From NCBI GenBank assembly GCA_965235115.1, contig OZ249447.1, positions 682,001 through 746,000 of the forward strand: DNA of 64,000 nt. The letters run 5' to 3'. The translations under genes and the position numbers were made by a program. Origin of the DNA: Laetmonice hystrix (lineage: Eukaryota). The notes under the pieces are model-generated. The model was given only the letters and a program-made list of their open reading frames with translations. It did not search any database and had not been told where the DNA came from. This document shows, piece by piece, positions 11,443-24,176 of the stretch (positions are counted from its first letter, which is position 1; each line of letters starts with the position of its first letter).

Positions 11443-11869
11443 GGAGGGGTCAGGGGCAGGGTAGGGGTTAGGGGCAGGGTAGGGGTTAGGGGCAGGGTAG
11501 GGGTTAGGGGCAGGGTATAGGTTAGGGGCATGGTAGGAGTTAGGGGCAGGGTTAGAGGCACGGTAGGGGTTAGGGGCAGGGTATAGGTTAGGGGCAGGGT
11601 TAGAGGCACGGTAGGGGTTAGGGGCAGGGTATAGGTTAGGGGCAGGGTAGGGGTTAGGGGCAGGGTAGGGGTTAGGGGCAGGGTATGGGTTAGGGGCATG
11701 GTAGGAGTTAGGGGCAGGGTTAGAGGCACGGTAGGGGTTAGGGGCAGGGTTAGAGGCACGGTAGGGGTTAGGGGCAGGGTATAGGTTAGGGGCAGGGTAG
11801 GGGTAGGGGTTAGGGGCAGGGTATAGTTTAGGGGCAGGGTTAGGGGCAGGGTAGGGGTAGGGGTTAGGG
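11443..11869 (+). repeat. G-rich degenerate telomere-like repeat (GGGGTTAGGGGCAGGGTA)n
   Basis: Many TTAGGG hexamers interleaved with GGGGCAGGG; continuous G-runs. Confidence 0.9.
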
Positions 11870-11944
11870 CCAGATGTTACGTTGCGGAATCTCCTCGTCC
11901 ATCCATACATCAGTCACGACCGTGCTGCGTGTCACGTCATCATG

Positions 11945-11997
11945 ACCGTGACACGAACCGTGACACGAACCGTGACACGAACCGTGACACGAACCGT
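11945..11997. repeat. 12-bp tandem repeat, ~4 copies
   Basis: ACCGTGACACGA. Confidence 0.9.
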
Positions 11998-12141
11998 CAC
12001 AACCGGCCTTGATTAAAACCATATCCAGCAATCAGATAAGATATTAGTACATCTTCTCTAACTTGTGCCCTGATCAACCCTGAATAATGACAGCAGTCAG
12101 GTGTGTGCTATAACTATGTCATGACAGGAGGTTCATAAAAC

Positions 12142-12853
12142 AGATCTAGCCTGACAGCAGGATGTGCACGGAGATCTAGCCTGACAGCAGGGTGTGCACG
12201 GAGATCTAGCCTGACAGCAGGGTGTGCACGGAGATCTAGCCTGACAGCAGGGTGTGCACGGAGATCTAGCCTGACAGCAGGGTGTGCACGGAGATCTAGC
12301 CTGACAGCAGGGTGTGCACGGAGATCTAGCCTGACAGCAGGGTGTGCACGGAGATCTAGCCTGACAGCAGGGTGTGCACGGAGATCTAGCCTGACAGCAG
12401 GGTGTGCACGGAGATCTAGCCTGACAGCAGGGTGTGCACGGAGATCTAGCCTGACAGCAGGGTGTGCACGGAGATCTTGCCTGACAGCAGGGTGTGCACG
12501 GAGATCTAGCCTGACAGCAGGGTGTGCACGGAGATCTTGCCTGACAGCAGGGTGTGCAAGGAGATCTGGCCTGACAGCAGGGTGTGCACGGAGATCTTGC
12601 CTGACAGCAGGGTGTGCAAGGAGATCTGGCCTGACAGCAGGGTGTGCACGGAGATCTAGCCTGACAGCAGGGTGTGCACGGAGATCTAGCCTGACAGCAG
12701 GGTGTGCACGGAGATTTAGCCTGACAGAAGGGTGTGCACGGAGATCTAGCCTGACAGCAGTGTGTGCACGGAGATTTAGCCTGACAGCAGGGTGTGCACG
12801 GAGATCTAGCCTGACAGAAGGGTGTGCACGGAGATCTAGCCTGACAGCAGGGC
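12142..12853. repeat. 30-bp tandem array, ~23 copies
   Basis: Unit GAGATCTAGCCTGACAGCAGGGTGTGCACG. Confidence 0.97.
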
Positions 12854-13566
12854 TATGTTTACCTGGTGTGTACTAGCCTGACAGCAGGGCTATGTTTACC
12901 TGGTGTGTACTAGCCTGACAGCAGGGCTATGTTTACCTGGTGTGTACTAGCCTGACAGCAGGGCTATGTTTACCTGGTGTGTACTAGCCTGACAGCAGGG
13001 CTATGTTTACCTGGTGTGTACTAGCCTGACAGCAGGGCTATGTTTGGTGTGTACTAGCCTGACAGCAGGGCTATGTTTACCTGGTGTGTACTAGCCTGAC
13101 AGCAGGGCTATGTTTACCTGGTGTGTACTAGCCTGACAGCAGGGCTATGTTTACCTGGTGTGTACTAGCCTGACAGCAGGGCTATGTTTACCTGGTGTGT
13201 ACTAGCCTGACAGCAGGGCTATGTTTGGTGTGTACTAGCCTGACATCAGGGCTATGTTTACCTGGTGTGTACTAGCCTGACAGCAGGGCTATGTTTACCT
13301 GGTGTGTACTAGCCTGACAGCAGGGCTATGTTTACCTGGTGTGTACTAGCCTGACAGCAGGGCTATGTTTACCTGGTGTGTACTAGCCTGACAGCAGGGC
13401 TGTGTTTACCTGGTGTGTACTAGCCTGACAGCAGGGCTATGTTTACCTGGTGTGTACTAGCCTGACAGCAGGGCTATGTTTACCTGGTGTGTACTAGCCT
13501 GACAGCAGGGCTATGTTTACCTGGTGTGTACTAGCCTGACAGCAGGGCTGTGTTTACCTGGTGTAC
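12836..13566. repeat. 37-bp tandem array, ~19 copies, shares 16-bp core with preceding array
   Basis: Unit TAGCCTGACAGCAGGGCTATGTTTACCTGGTGTGTAC. Confidence 0.97.
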
Positions 13567-14003
13567 ACGGTAGTCGGTCTGTGGTGGCTATAAGACTTGA
13601 CCCTGGATTCTGACCTCAGTAACACGTGAATGAGTCAGAAGATCAGCGCACGCCAGCCATCCTCTGATGGCAACAGATCAATCTTCATTAACTCTTGTTT
13701 CTGTTGATGACTGTGTCAGGTGAGGAGAGGTCAGTTGTTGACTGGGCGAGGATCACCTTGGCGGTAAGATATGGTACTCGTTTATTAAAGAGGTGGATTT
13801 TTACCCATCATCCTGGCGTCAGTTTAATGTCAGACATCGAGGCAATCTTAGGCCTAATTCAAACATTATCATTGTGAAAACAAAACTTGAGAAAGGGCTG
13901 TCGTTACGGCTCCATCATCCCTCATTTTATATAATTGAATTAATTTCAGTAATTTAAATTCCTTAATTCAAATACTTGCCCCAGCGATCTTTACTATACC
14001 AGG

Positions 14004-14139
14004 ACAAACAGCTGACTCACCCACAAACAGCTGACTCACCCACAAACAGCCGACTCACCCACAAACAGCTGACTCACCCACAAACAACTGACTCACCCAC
14101 AAACAGCCGACTCTCCCGCAAACAGCTGACTCTCCCACA
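14004..14139. repeat. 19-bp tandem array, 7 copies
   Basis: Unit ACAAACAGCTGACTCACCC. Confidence 0.93.
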
Positions 14140-14505
14140 ATGGCAGTGGTCGAGTTTGATTTCTGAAAATATCCAGTTTGGAAAGAGAGTCATTAATTCC
14201 GACGTTCGGGAGAGCAGCATGAATTGGTTTGAGAAGAGGGATCCTGAGTAACTAGTCTGGACTTGGTTCACACATTGCCCGTTAAAGGGAGTCGTAAAAT
14301 TCATTTTTTCGATTTATGGCAGTCTTAGAAACATATGATTCGCATACCTTGGACTCCCAGTAACATCATGTGAGACTGTTATGGCCCAGCGACCAGTATT
14401 TAGTAAGGAAAATATGCCAAATCTCTCGCAAATACGTAGCTCAGAATTAGCGAGCGGCCCACAGGATATTTGAGTTGGCCGCGGTCGGGCGATGATGACG
14501 CGTGA

Positions 14506-14520
14506 TCACGTGACTTCCGG
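14506..14520. promoter_or_regulatory. Overlapping E-box (TCACGTGAC) and ETS (ACTTCCGG) motifs
   Basis: TCACGTGACTTCCGG in a CpG-rich patch; typical of housekeeping-type promoters. Confidence 0.4.
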
Positions 14521-15123
14521 GTGTACATGCAGTATTTAGGTCAATGCTAGACTAGAGGGAGATTCCCTTCCACACTTTTAATCTGGAGAACCTGGGTTGG
14601 GTTTAGTCCATATTCCCTGTTAATGAATGGAAAGTCCGAACAAGGCGTCAGGATTTAGGTCAGATTTAATTCACATCCAGTGCTCTGAACAATCTGTGAT
14701 GACATGAAGATAGATTTAAATATTACTCATCCTCGTATATAGTTAATGTTTATTTGAGTATAATTTTCTCAAGATTAACACTAAATTTGGGTAAATCATA
14801 GTTTAAGGTTCTGTGTATACATCAGATCGGTGAGTGTATAGTAAGGTTGGGTGTGGGTGTACATTTGTACCTATAGGTTTGTTTGCAGTCACGTCACACT
14901 AGGTGTTGACATCTCACAGACATGTACAGAAAGTTTTAAATGCAGTTACTGGCGTGCACGTAATGACACCAGTCTATCCATTCACACCAATACCGAGATC
15001 AATGGGGATAAACATTTATTAGTGCAGTCTACTTATCGACGAAAACGACCTTTTCTCCCTTACTGTCAACGACCAGAACTTAATTGCTACCTTGCGCACA
15101 GCGCGGAGCCTAAATCCTTTCAG

Positions 15124-15180
15124 TATGTTGTATGTTGTAAGGCCGTGTCAGCCATACTCTAGTATCAAACCGACTCAAGG
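15124..15180 (+). other. Candidate 57-bp exon (MLYVVRPCQPYSSIKPTQ)
   Basis: Acceptor cctaaatcctttcag, donor AGG|gtgagt; one open frame. Confidence 0.2.
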
Positions 15181-15741
15181 GTGAGTAATTCCTAATGAAG
15201 CCAGCCTTGTAGTCGGTCCATGGAGGACATACCTGGCGGCTTGAGAACATTGATTGTGCCGACATAGTTTTACTTGGATGGGGTCGAATCGACTGGAGCA
15301 ATCCAGATGAGTGGTCCCATTGAGGAGTAAGGGGGGCCGTCCCCCCGGCCCGCCCAGAACGAGTCCCACCATTGTCCCTGTATAAAGCCATTGAGAGGTG
15401 TGTCAGGCCATTGTCTGTTACAGCCCGTCACCGGGCCGTGTATTAAACCATATATTGCATGCCAGGGCTCCCATCCACTCCTACCACCCACAGTCGCACC
15501 CCTCACGTCCCAAGACACCCGCAAAGCATTTTAATTGGACGTCAAACTGCGCGAGGGGCTTTCAGCCATGAAAAGCACATTCCTACTTTTCTCACAAGCG
15601 ATTGGTTCGAGAACTGAGCATCGAGAGACCCTCTCAGCTGAGAGGGGTCGCTCCGCGGGGAGGGGGGGTCGCTGTACATTTCTGGTCCACACCTGACCTC
15701 CTCTCACCGTCCGGACGTCCCAATTAAAACACGTTGCTCAC

Positions 15742-15793
15742 CTGTACCACGTGTTTCTTGGTTCTCCTTCAAGTGGTCAAACAAAGCTACGAT
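15742..15793 (-). other. Candidate exon (IVALFDHLKENQETRGT); may extend to 15819
   Basis: Strong donor CAG|gtgagc; the near acceptor is G-rich and weak, alternative cgtcacag at 15820 keeps the frame. Confidence 0.22.
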
Positions 15794-15977
15794 CTGCGCC
15801 CCCCCCCCCCGCCCGACGTCTGTGACGGTCAGGGACGCTTGACGCCTGACGCCCACCAGGGGTCACGGCGTGAGAAAAATTGTACTTTCACCATAATCAC
15901 CAGGGTGTCCATGTTGGTCCATAGATCTCTGTATGATTTCTGTATCGGTCATGGATCACCTCTCTGGTAATTGCGGT

Positions 15978-16421
15978 CAGAGATATCCTAAACTTGTCCG
16001 GTGATATGTCAGATATGTCAGAGATATCCTAAACTTGTCCGGTGATATGTCAGATATGTCAGAGATATCCTAAACTTGTCCGGTGATATGTCAGATATGT
16101 CAGAGATATCCTAAACTTGTCCGGTGATATGTCAGATATGTCAGAGATATCCTAAACTTGTCCGGTGATATGTCAGATATGTCAGAGATATCCTAAACTT
16201 GTCCGGTGATATGTCAGATATGTCAGAGATATCCTAAACTTGTCCGGTGATATGTCAGGTATGTCAGAGATATCCTAAACTTGTCCCGTGATATGTCAGA
16301 TATGTCAGAGATATCCTAAACTTGTCCGGTGATATGTCAGATATGTCAGAGATATCCTAAACTTGTCCGGTGATATGTCAGATATGTCAGAAATATCCTA
16401 AACTTGTCCGGTGATCTGTCA
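15978..16421. repeat. 41-bp tandem array, ~11 copies
   Basis: Unit CAGAGATATCCTAAACTTGTCCGGTGATATGTCAGATATGT. Confidence 0.97.
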
Positions 16422-16847
16422 GGCAGTGTCACCACCAGGGCATGTAAATGTCTTCGTGTGGTGATATGTCAAGCAGTGTCATTGTAAGGGAATGTAAACG
16501 TCTTGTGTGTGGGTGAAGGCAGCACCTGTGATGGTATGAGGGACTATGTAGGACGGTATACGCCGAGGTATCAAAGTCAAATGAAAGACGTTTAATTTTA
16601 TAGTATATTCAGCGCTTACCATAAGCAATGCTGTCGTTGAATTCAAAGGACCTATGCTAACAGAGAACTTATTTCTGGAATAGCGTGGCGTTTGAACTGT
16701 TGCTGCACGCACATGTCAGAACATTTCTATAAATACGACCGGCTTTAAATACGTTATTTCAAAAACGAATCGTAAATATGAACTCCTGTAGTCTGTAGGA
16801 TGTTATAATAATTATTTTCATTTTAAATCAGTGTTGGTCACATGTTA

Positions 16848-19800
16848 AAACGTTTCTCATGAACTACAAACACAATACGTCATACAACTGTTCCTATAAA
16901 CTTACTCATGATCTACTAACACCATACTTCATACAACTGTTCCTAACGTTTCTCATGTACTACTAACACCATACTTCATACAACTGTTCCTAACGTTTCT
17001 CATGAGACCACTAACACCGTACTTCATAGAACTGTTCCTAACGTTTCTTATGAACTACTAACACCATACTTCATAGAACTGTTCCTAACGTTTCTCATGA
17101 ACCACTAACACCATACTTCATACAACTGTTCCTAGCGTTTCTCATGAACTACTAACACCGTACTTCATACAACTGTTCCTAACGTTTCTCATGAACCACT
17201 GACACCATACTTCATAGAACTGTTCCTAACGTTTCTTATGAACTACTAACACCATACTTCATACAGAGTTCCTAACGTTTCTCATGAACTACTAACACCA
17301 TACTTCATACAGAGTTCCTAACGTTTCTCATGAACTACTAACACCATACTTCATACAGAGTTCCTAACGTTTCTCATGAACCACTAACACCATACTTCAT
17401 ACAATTGTTCCTAACGTTTCTCATGAACTACTGACACCATACTTCATAGAACTGTTCCTAACGTTTCTTATGAACTACTAACACCATACTTCATACAGAG
17501 TTCCTAACGTTTCTCATGAACTACTAACACCATACTTCATACAGAGTTCCTAACGTTTCTCATGAACTACTAACACCATACTTCATACAGAGTTCCTAAC
17601 GTTTCTCATGAACCACTAACACCATACTTCATACAATTGTTCCTAACGTTTCTCATGAACTACTGACACCATACTTCATACAACTGTTCCTAACGTTTCT
17701 CATGAACTACTAACACCATACTTCATACAACTGTTCCTAACGTTTCTCATGAACTACTAACACCATACTTCATACAACTGTTCCTAACGTTTCTCATGAA
17801 CTACTGACACCATACTTCATACAACTGTTCCTAACGTTTCTCATGAACCACTAACACCATACTTAATGGTTCCTAACGTTTCTCATGAACTACTAACACC
17901 ATACTTCATACAACTGTTCCTAACGTTTCTCATGAACTACTAACACCATACTTCATACAACTGTTCCTAACGTTTCTCATGAACTACTAACACCGTGCTT
18001 CATACAACTGTTCCTAACGTTTCTCATGAACCACTGACACCATACTTCATATATCTGTTCCTAACGTTTCTCATGAACTACTAACACCATACTTCATATA
18101 TCTGTTCCTAACGTTTCTCATGAACTACTAACACCGTATACTTCATACAACTGTTCCTAACGTTTCTCATGAACCACTAACACCGTATACTTCATACAAC
18201 TGTTCCTAACGTTTCTCATGAACTACTAACACCATACTTCATACAACTGTTCCTAACGTTTCTCATGAACTACTAACACCATACTTCATACAACTGTTTC
18301 TAACGTTTCTCATGACTAACACCATACTTCATACAACTGTTCCTAACGTTTCTCATGAACTACTAACACCATACTTCATACAACTGTTCCTAACGTTTCT
18401 CATGAACCACTAACACCATACTTCATACAACTGTTCCTAACGTTTCTCATGAACCACTAACACCATACTTCATACAACTGTTCCTAACGTTTCTCATGAC
18501 TAACACCATACTTCATACAACTGTTCCTAACGTTTCTCATGAACCACTAACACCGTACTTCATACAACTGTTCCTAACGTTTCTCATGAACTACTAACAC
18601 CATACTTCATACAACTGTTCCTAACGTTTCTCATGAACCACTAACACCGTACTTCATAAAACTGTTCCTAACGTTTCTCATGAACTACTAACACCGTACT
18701 TCATACAACTGTTCCTAACGTTTCTGATGACTAACACCATACTTCATACAGAGTTCTTAACGTTTCTCATGAACTACTAACACCATACATACAACTGTTC
18801 CTAACGTTTCTCATGAACTACTAACACCATACTTCATACAACTGTTCCTAACGTTTCTCATGAACTACTAACACCATACTTCATACAACTGTTCCTAACG
18901 TTTCTCATGAACTACTAACACCATACTTCATACAACTGTTCCTAACGTTTCTCATGAACCACTAACACCATACTTCATACAACTGTTCCTAACGTTTCTC
19001 ATGAACTACTAACACCATACTTCATACAACTGTTCCTAACGTTTCTCATGAACTACTAACACCATACTTCATACAACTGTTCCTAACGTTTCTCATGAAC
19101 TACTGACACCATACTTCATACAACTGTTCCTAACGTTTCTCATGAACTACTAACACCATACTTCATACAACTGTTCCTAACGTTTCTCATGAACCACTAA
19201 CACCATACTTCATACAACTGTTCCTAACGTTTCTCATGAACTACTGACACCATACTTCATACAACTGTTCCTAACGTTTCTCATGAACTATTGACACTAT
19301 ACTTCATACAACTGTTCCTAACGTTTCTCATGAACTACTAACACCATACTTCATACAACTGTTCCTAACGTTTCTCATGAACTACTAACACCATACTTCA
19401 TACAACTGTTCCTAACGTTTCTCATGAACTACTAACACCATACTTCATACAACTGTTCCTAACGTTTCTCATGAACTACTGACACCATACTTCATACAAC
19501 TGTTCCTAACGTTTCTCATGAACCACTAACACCATACTTCATACAACTGTTCCTAACGTTTCTCATGAACTACTGACACCATACTTCATATATCTGTTCC
19601 TAACGTTTCTCATGAACTACTAACACCGTATACTTCATACAACTGTTCCTAACGTTTCTCATGAACCACTAACACCGTATACTTCATACAACTGTTCCTA
19701 ACGTTTCTCATGAACTACTGACACTATACTTCATACAACTGTTCCTAACGTTTCTCATGAACTACTAACACCATACTTCATACAACTGTTCCTAACGTTT

Positions 19801-20478
19801 CTCATGAACTACTAACACCATACTTCATACAACTGTTCCTAACGTTTCTCATGAACTACTAACACCATACTTCATACAACTGTTCCTAACGTTTCTCATG
19901 AACTACTGACACCATACTTCATACAACTGTTCCTAACGTTTCTCATGAACCACTAACACCATACTTAATGGTTCCTAACGTTTCTCATGAACTACTAACA
20001 CCATACTTCATACAACTGTTCCTAACGTTTCTCATGAACTACTAACACCATACTTCATACAACTGGTCCTAACGTTTCTCATGAACCACTAACACCATAC
20101 TTCATACAACTGTTCCTAACGTTTCTCATGAACTACTGACACTATACTTCATACAACTGTTCCTAATGTTTCTCATGAACTACTGACACTATACTTCATA
20201 CAACTGTTCCTAACGTTTCTCATGAACCACTAACACCATACTTCATACAACTGTTCCTAACGTTTCTCATGAACTACTAACACCATACTTCATACAACTG
20301 TTCCTAACGTTTCTCATGAACTACTAACACCATACTTCATACAACTGTTCCTAACGTTTCTCATGAACTACTAACACCATACTTCATACAACTGTTCCTA
20401 ACGTTTCTCATGAACTACTGACACCATACTTCATACAACTGTTCCTAACGTTTCTCATGAACTACTAACACCATACTC
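16848..20478. repeat. 47-bp satellite-like array, ~77 copies (largest in window)
   Basis: Unit AACTGTTCCTAACGTTTCTCATGAACTACTAACACCATACTTCATAC. Confidence 0.98.
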
Positions 20479-21060
20479 CATCCATTGGAAGCTTGGAGAA
20501 CTTTCCAAACCGAACCTCAAAGCGTGCACGAGCAATTACCATCGTTTCAAGTCAAAGCTAAGTTCTGCTGACAACCCCGTAACCTAATATTGACGACATT
20601 CAATAAAGTCGTTTCGTGAGCAGCAACCTGTCTTGAGGACCAATAAAGCACCCGCCCAATAATTGCCACTGCCTTTACTGTTGGGGGTAGCTCTGGCACT
20701 TTCCAGTCAGCGCGGATATAATTTTAGCTGGCAGTACGTTGCTAACCGATATTTAGCGTCAGGACGGCTGTGGTGGCCGACAGGAATAGATGGGTATTAA
20801 GTATCACAACCCGGCTGATAGCCATCTCCCCGGGTTGAAAATTAAACGCTATCAGGTCTCGGTGTTGTCGGGTGGGTACCTCACCCGTGGTCGGGTGTTT
20901 ACCCCGCGCGAGGGCCTTGTCCCCGCCCCCTTGTTACTGTTCACTTTGAGGTGGCCGCTCGTCCGTCCCCCTACCGGCCAGTACCGTCACTAACTGCCGG
21001 CATGTCTTGGTATCAGAATCAGCCGGACGTCAGGGGGACTAACACACCCTGACACCACAA

Positions 21061-21499
21061 CACGACGCCGGCTTTATACTCGGCACATACTCCCAAACGT
21101 CCCCTAACTTTCCGTCCCGCTCCGTCCAGTACAACATGACGCTGGCTTTATACTCGGAACATACTCCCAAACGTCCCCTAACTTTCCGTCCCGCTCCGTC
21201 CAGTACAACACGACGCTGGCTTTATACTCGGAACATACTCCCAAACGTCCCCTAACTTTCCGTCCCACTCCGTCCAGTACAACACGACGCTGGCTTTATA
21301 CTCGGCACATACTCCCAAACGTCCCCTAACTTTCCGTCCCGCTCCGTCCAGTACAACACGACGCTGGCTTTATACTCGGAACATTCTTCCAAACGTCCCC
21401 TAACTTTCCGTCCCGCTCCGTCCAGTACAACACGACGCTGGCTTTATACTGGGAACATTCTCCCAAACGTCCCATAACTTTCCGTCCCGCTCCGTCCAG
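21061..21499. repeat. 74-bp tandem array, 6 copies
   Basis: Unit begins GACGCTGGCTTTATACTCGGAACATACTCCCAAACGTCC; starts at 21064, 21138, 21212. Confidence 0.96.
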
Positions 21500-22985
21500 T
21501 TCATCCCTAGAGCAAGGCCTGCCAGTACAGCCGGGCCTGGCACCTTGTGAAGTCTGAACTCAAGTTAATGAGAGAAGAAAGAATGGGTTGTATGCTGTTT
21601 AATATTGAAGGGGGTGCACACCTGGGGTGTGGGATATTGCCCTTGTTTGCCGTCCCAGGTGTGACGCGGGTAAACGGAAGGTTTTGATCACAAGGCAGAT
21701 GGCCACCTACAAGTGACGGATTAGGTGTACACATAATGTAACTGTCACTTCAATTTGTGGACGCTGGGGTGTGTACCCCGCCACGCTGCTACCCCTCACT
21801 GGGCAACGCTGGCAATTTGCCATGGCCACTACATACGTACTCATTATGGCATTAATAACGTCGAGTTCTGTCTCCGGGTTTCCCAACACTACACACTGGG
21901 TTTATTATTCTCACTGCTACTTGTCGATAAAACACCAAGTGAGCAGTGTGCTCACCGCGCCCTCTAGCGAACGTTGACGGCGTGACTGGAGCAGACGACC
22001 GGCCCGCGTCTGTCCGGCGTCCGTATGTCTTTGATTCGGGCTCAGCGTCCGTCACCAGACGATAATGAGACACGGCTGTAACCGTGACGAGAAGCACTCT
22101 CCGTTCTGATCAAGTAGTATATTATGTAGGAGATGTTTCTAATTGCTCGCCCACATTGTCTATTTCCTGGCGAATGCCCAATACAGGACCTCGTTAAGTC
22201 CGTCAGGCCGGGCACTCTCCTCCAAATGAGACATTTTAATCGGATAGCTGCCATGGTTTGCACATGGTTACAGTCGTTGGTATGAACAATACTTTTGTTC
22301 TCAGTACGCGTCTCCAACAGTTAATCCCTTACTTATGTAACCAATGCAATGTTGTGTACTACTGTATCTGCAATATAGACAATCATATAAAAAGTTACTG
22401 CTGTTATGACACCTCTGAACGGAACCAATTATTTACTATGTCTGCAAGGAGAGCTGAGTACTGTATCCAGTCACCAATATCCTATAAAAAAGATTCCTGT
22501 ATAAAGATCGATTGGTAGATCTATGTATAGATTGAAATACATGTAAGTTAGACATGCATGTAGTTAGAGAGGATTGGCACTATATACTGACTGATCCTGA
22601 GGCAATATAGTCTTGTACTTATAACTACACGCTGGTCGAGCAGCACACCACTTTAGTGCTGACCTAGTTTACTTCCAGGTAAAGAGGCATGTATAGCTGA
22701 GAATATTTCCAACCGTTTTGCAGCCAGCTCAGCGGGTGGGCCACCAATTTAATGTGGTTGAATTTCACGCTGACATCATTTTGTGAAAGCCGTCAGTCGG
22801 TAAACTAGCAGCGTTCCATCTTTCACTGAGCAGCGTTTCATCTGGTATCTATGACAACACCGTCTCCGCAGTGCCCTCCCTGCACAGATTAATGGATATA
22901 ATAGATGTATATTGTCAGGTATACAGGAACAAAGGTTGCAAGGAATCGGATAATAATGGCATCAATCGCCGGTATAATGACTCGG

Positions 22986-23939
22986 TCCCCGGCCCGCCCC
23001 GGGCCCCGNNNNNNNNNNNNNNNNNNNNNNNNNNNNNNNNNNNNNNNNNNNNNNNNNNNNNNNNNNNNNNNNNNNNNNNNNNNNNNNNNNNNNNNNNNNN
23101 NNNNNNNNNNNNNNNNNNNNNNNNNNNNNNNNNNNNNNNNNNNNNNNNNNNNNNNNNNNNNNNNNNNNNNNNNNNNNNNNNNNNNNNNNNNNNNNNNNNN
23201 NNNNNNNNNNNNNNNNNNNNNGGCTCCCGGCCCCCGGCCCCCGGCCCCCGGCTCCCGGCCCCCGGCTCCCGACCCCCGGCCCCCGGCCCGCCCCGGGCCC
23301 CAGCCCGCAGCCCTGTCCCGGCCCNNNNNNNNNNNNNNNNNNNNNNNNNNNNNNNNNNNNNNNNNNNNNNNNNNNNNNNNNNNNNNNNNNNNNNNNNNNN
23401 NNNNNNNNNNNNNNNNNNNNNNNNNNNNNNNNNNNNNNNNNNNNNNNNNNNNNNNNNNNNNNNNNNNNNNNNNNNNNNNNNNNNNNNNNNNNNNNNNNNN
23501 GNNNNNNNNNNNNNNNNNNNNNNNNNNNNNNNNNNNNNNNNNNNNNNNNNNNNNNNNNNNNNNNNNNNNNNNNNNNNNNNNNNNNNNNNNNNNNNNNNNN
23601 NNNNNNNNNNNNNNNNNNNNNNNNNNNNNNNGCCCTCTCCCCCGGCCCCGGCCCTTGGCCCCAGGCCCCCGGCCCTGGCCCCCGGCCCCCGGCCCTCTCC
23701 CCCGGCCCCCGGCCCGCCCCCGGCTCCCGGACCCGGCCCGCAGCCCCCGTCCCCCGCCCCCGGCCCCCGGCCCCCCGGCCCGTCCCCGGCCCTCGGCCCC
23801 CGGCTTCCGGCTCCCGGTCCCGGACCCGGTCCCGGCCCGCAGCCCCCGTCCCCCGGCCCCCGGCCCCCGGCCCCCGGCCCCCGGCCCCCGGCCCCCGGCC
23901 CCCGGCCCCCGGCCCCCGGCCCCCGGCTCCCGGCTCCCG
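22986..23939. repeat. GC-rich low-complexity (CCCCGG/CCCCCGG)n interrupted by N tracts 23009-23221 and 23325-23631
   Basis: Near-pure C/G 6-7-mer repeats; an isolated G at 23501 inside the N run. Confidence 0.93.
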
Positions 23940-24176
23940 ACCTCACGTGGTACATAACGCCTACCGTAAATCACTTGATCGTCTGAAATAATAACCTTCA
24001 TAAACTCGTACACGAGAGGTCATGCTAACATCTCTGACCCCTGACCTTTGTCGAGTGCCACCTGTCGACCAGATAGTTGACCTCAGGCACTCCCCGTGCT
24101 CGAGCTGTGGACCGGCGGAGCGGGTCACATACAGTAATCGTCACATACAGTAAATGTTTCCAGGGGTCAGTCTTAC

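Noticed and set aside
11274-11910. PLTPT / PAPNPY mucin- or adhesive-like ORFs
   Set aside because: Translations of the telomere-like G-rich repeat; frames shift with repeat indels.
15604-15646. GGTTCGAG B-box-like motif and an 18-bp palindrome CCCTCTCAGCTGAGAGGG
   Set aside because: No A-box or cloverleaf; an isolated short palindrome without flanking duplication.
21771-21977. Signal-peptide-like MATTYVLIMALITSSSVSG
   Set aside because: Short ORF with no supporting donor, promoter or homology; such hydrophobic runs arise by chance.
23325-23631. N tracts as evidence of missing genes
   Set aside because: All six tracts are 140-307 nt and most abut simple repeats; one contains an isolated called base, suggesting masked or low-confidence repeat sequence rather than true gaps.
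22871-24013. Long Pro/Gly-rich ORFs (collagen- or extensin-like)
   Set aside because: Open in four frames on both strands over a C/G simple repeat with N tracts; no Gly-X-Y register.
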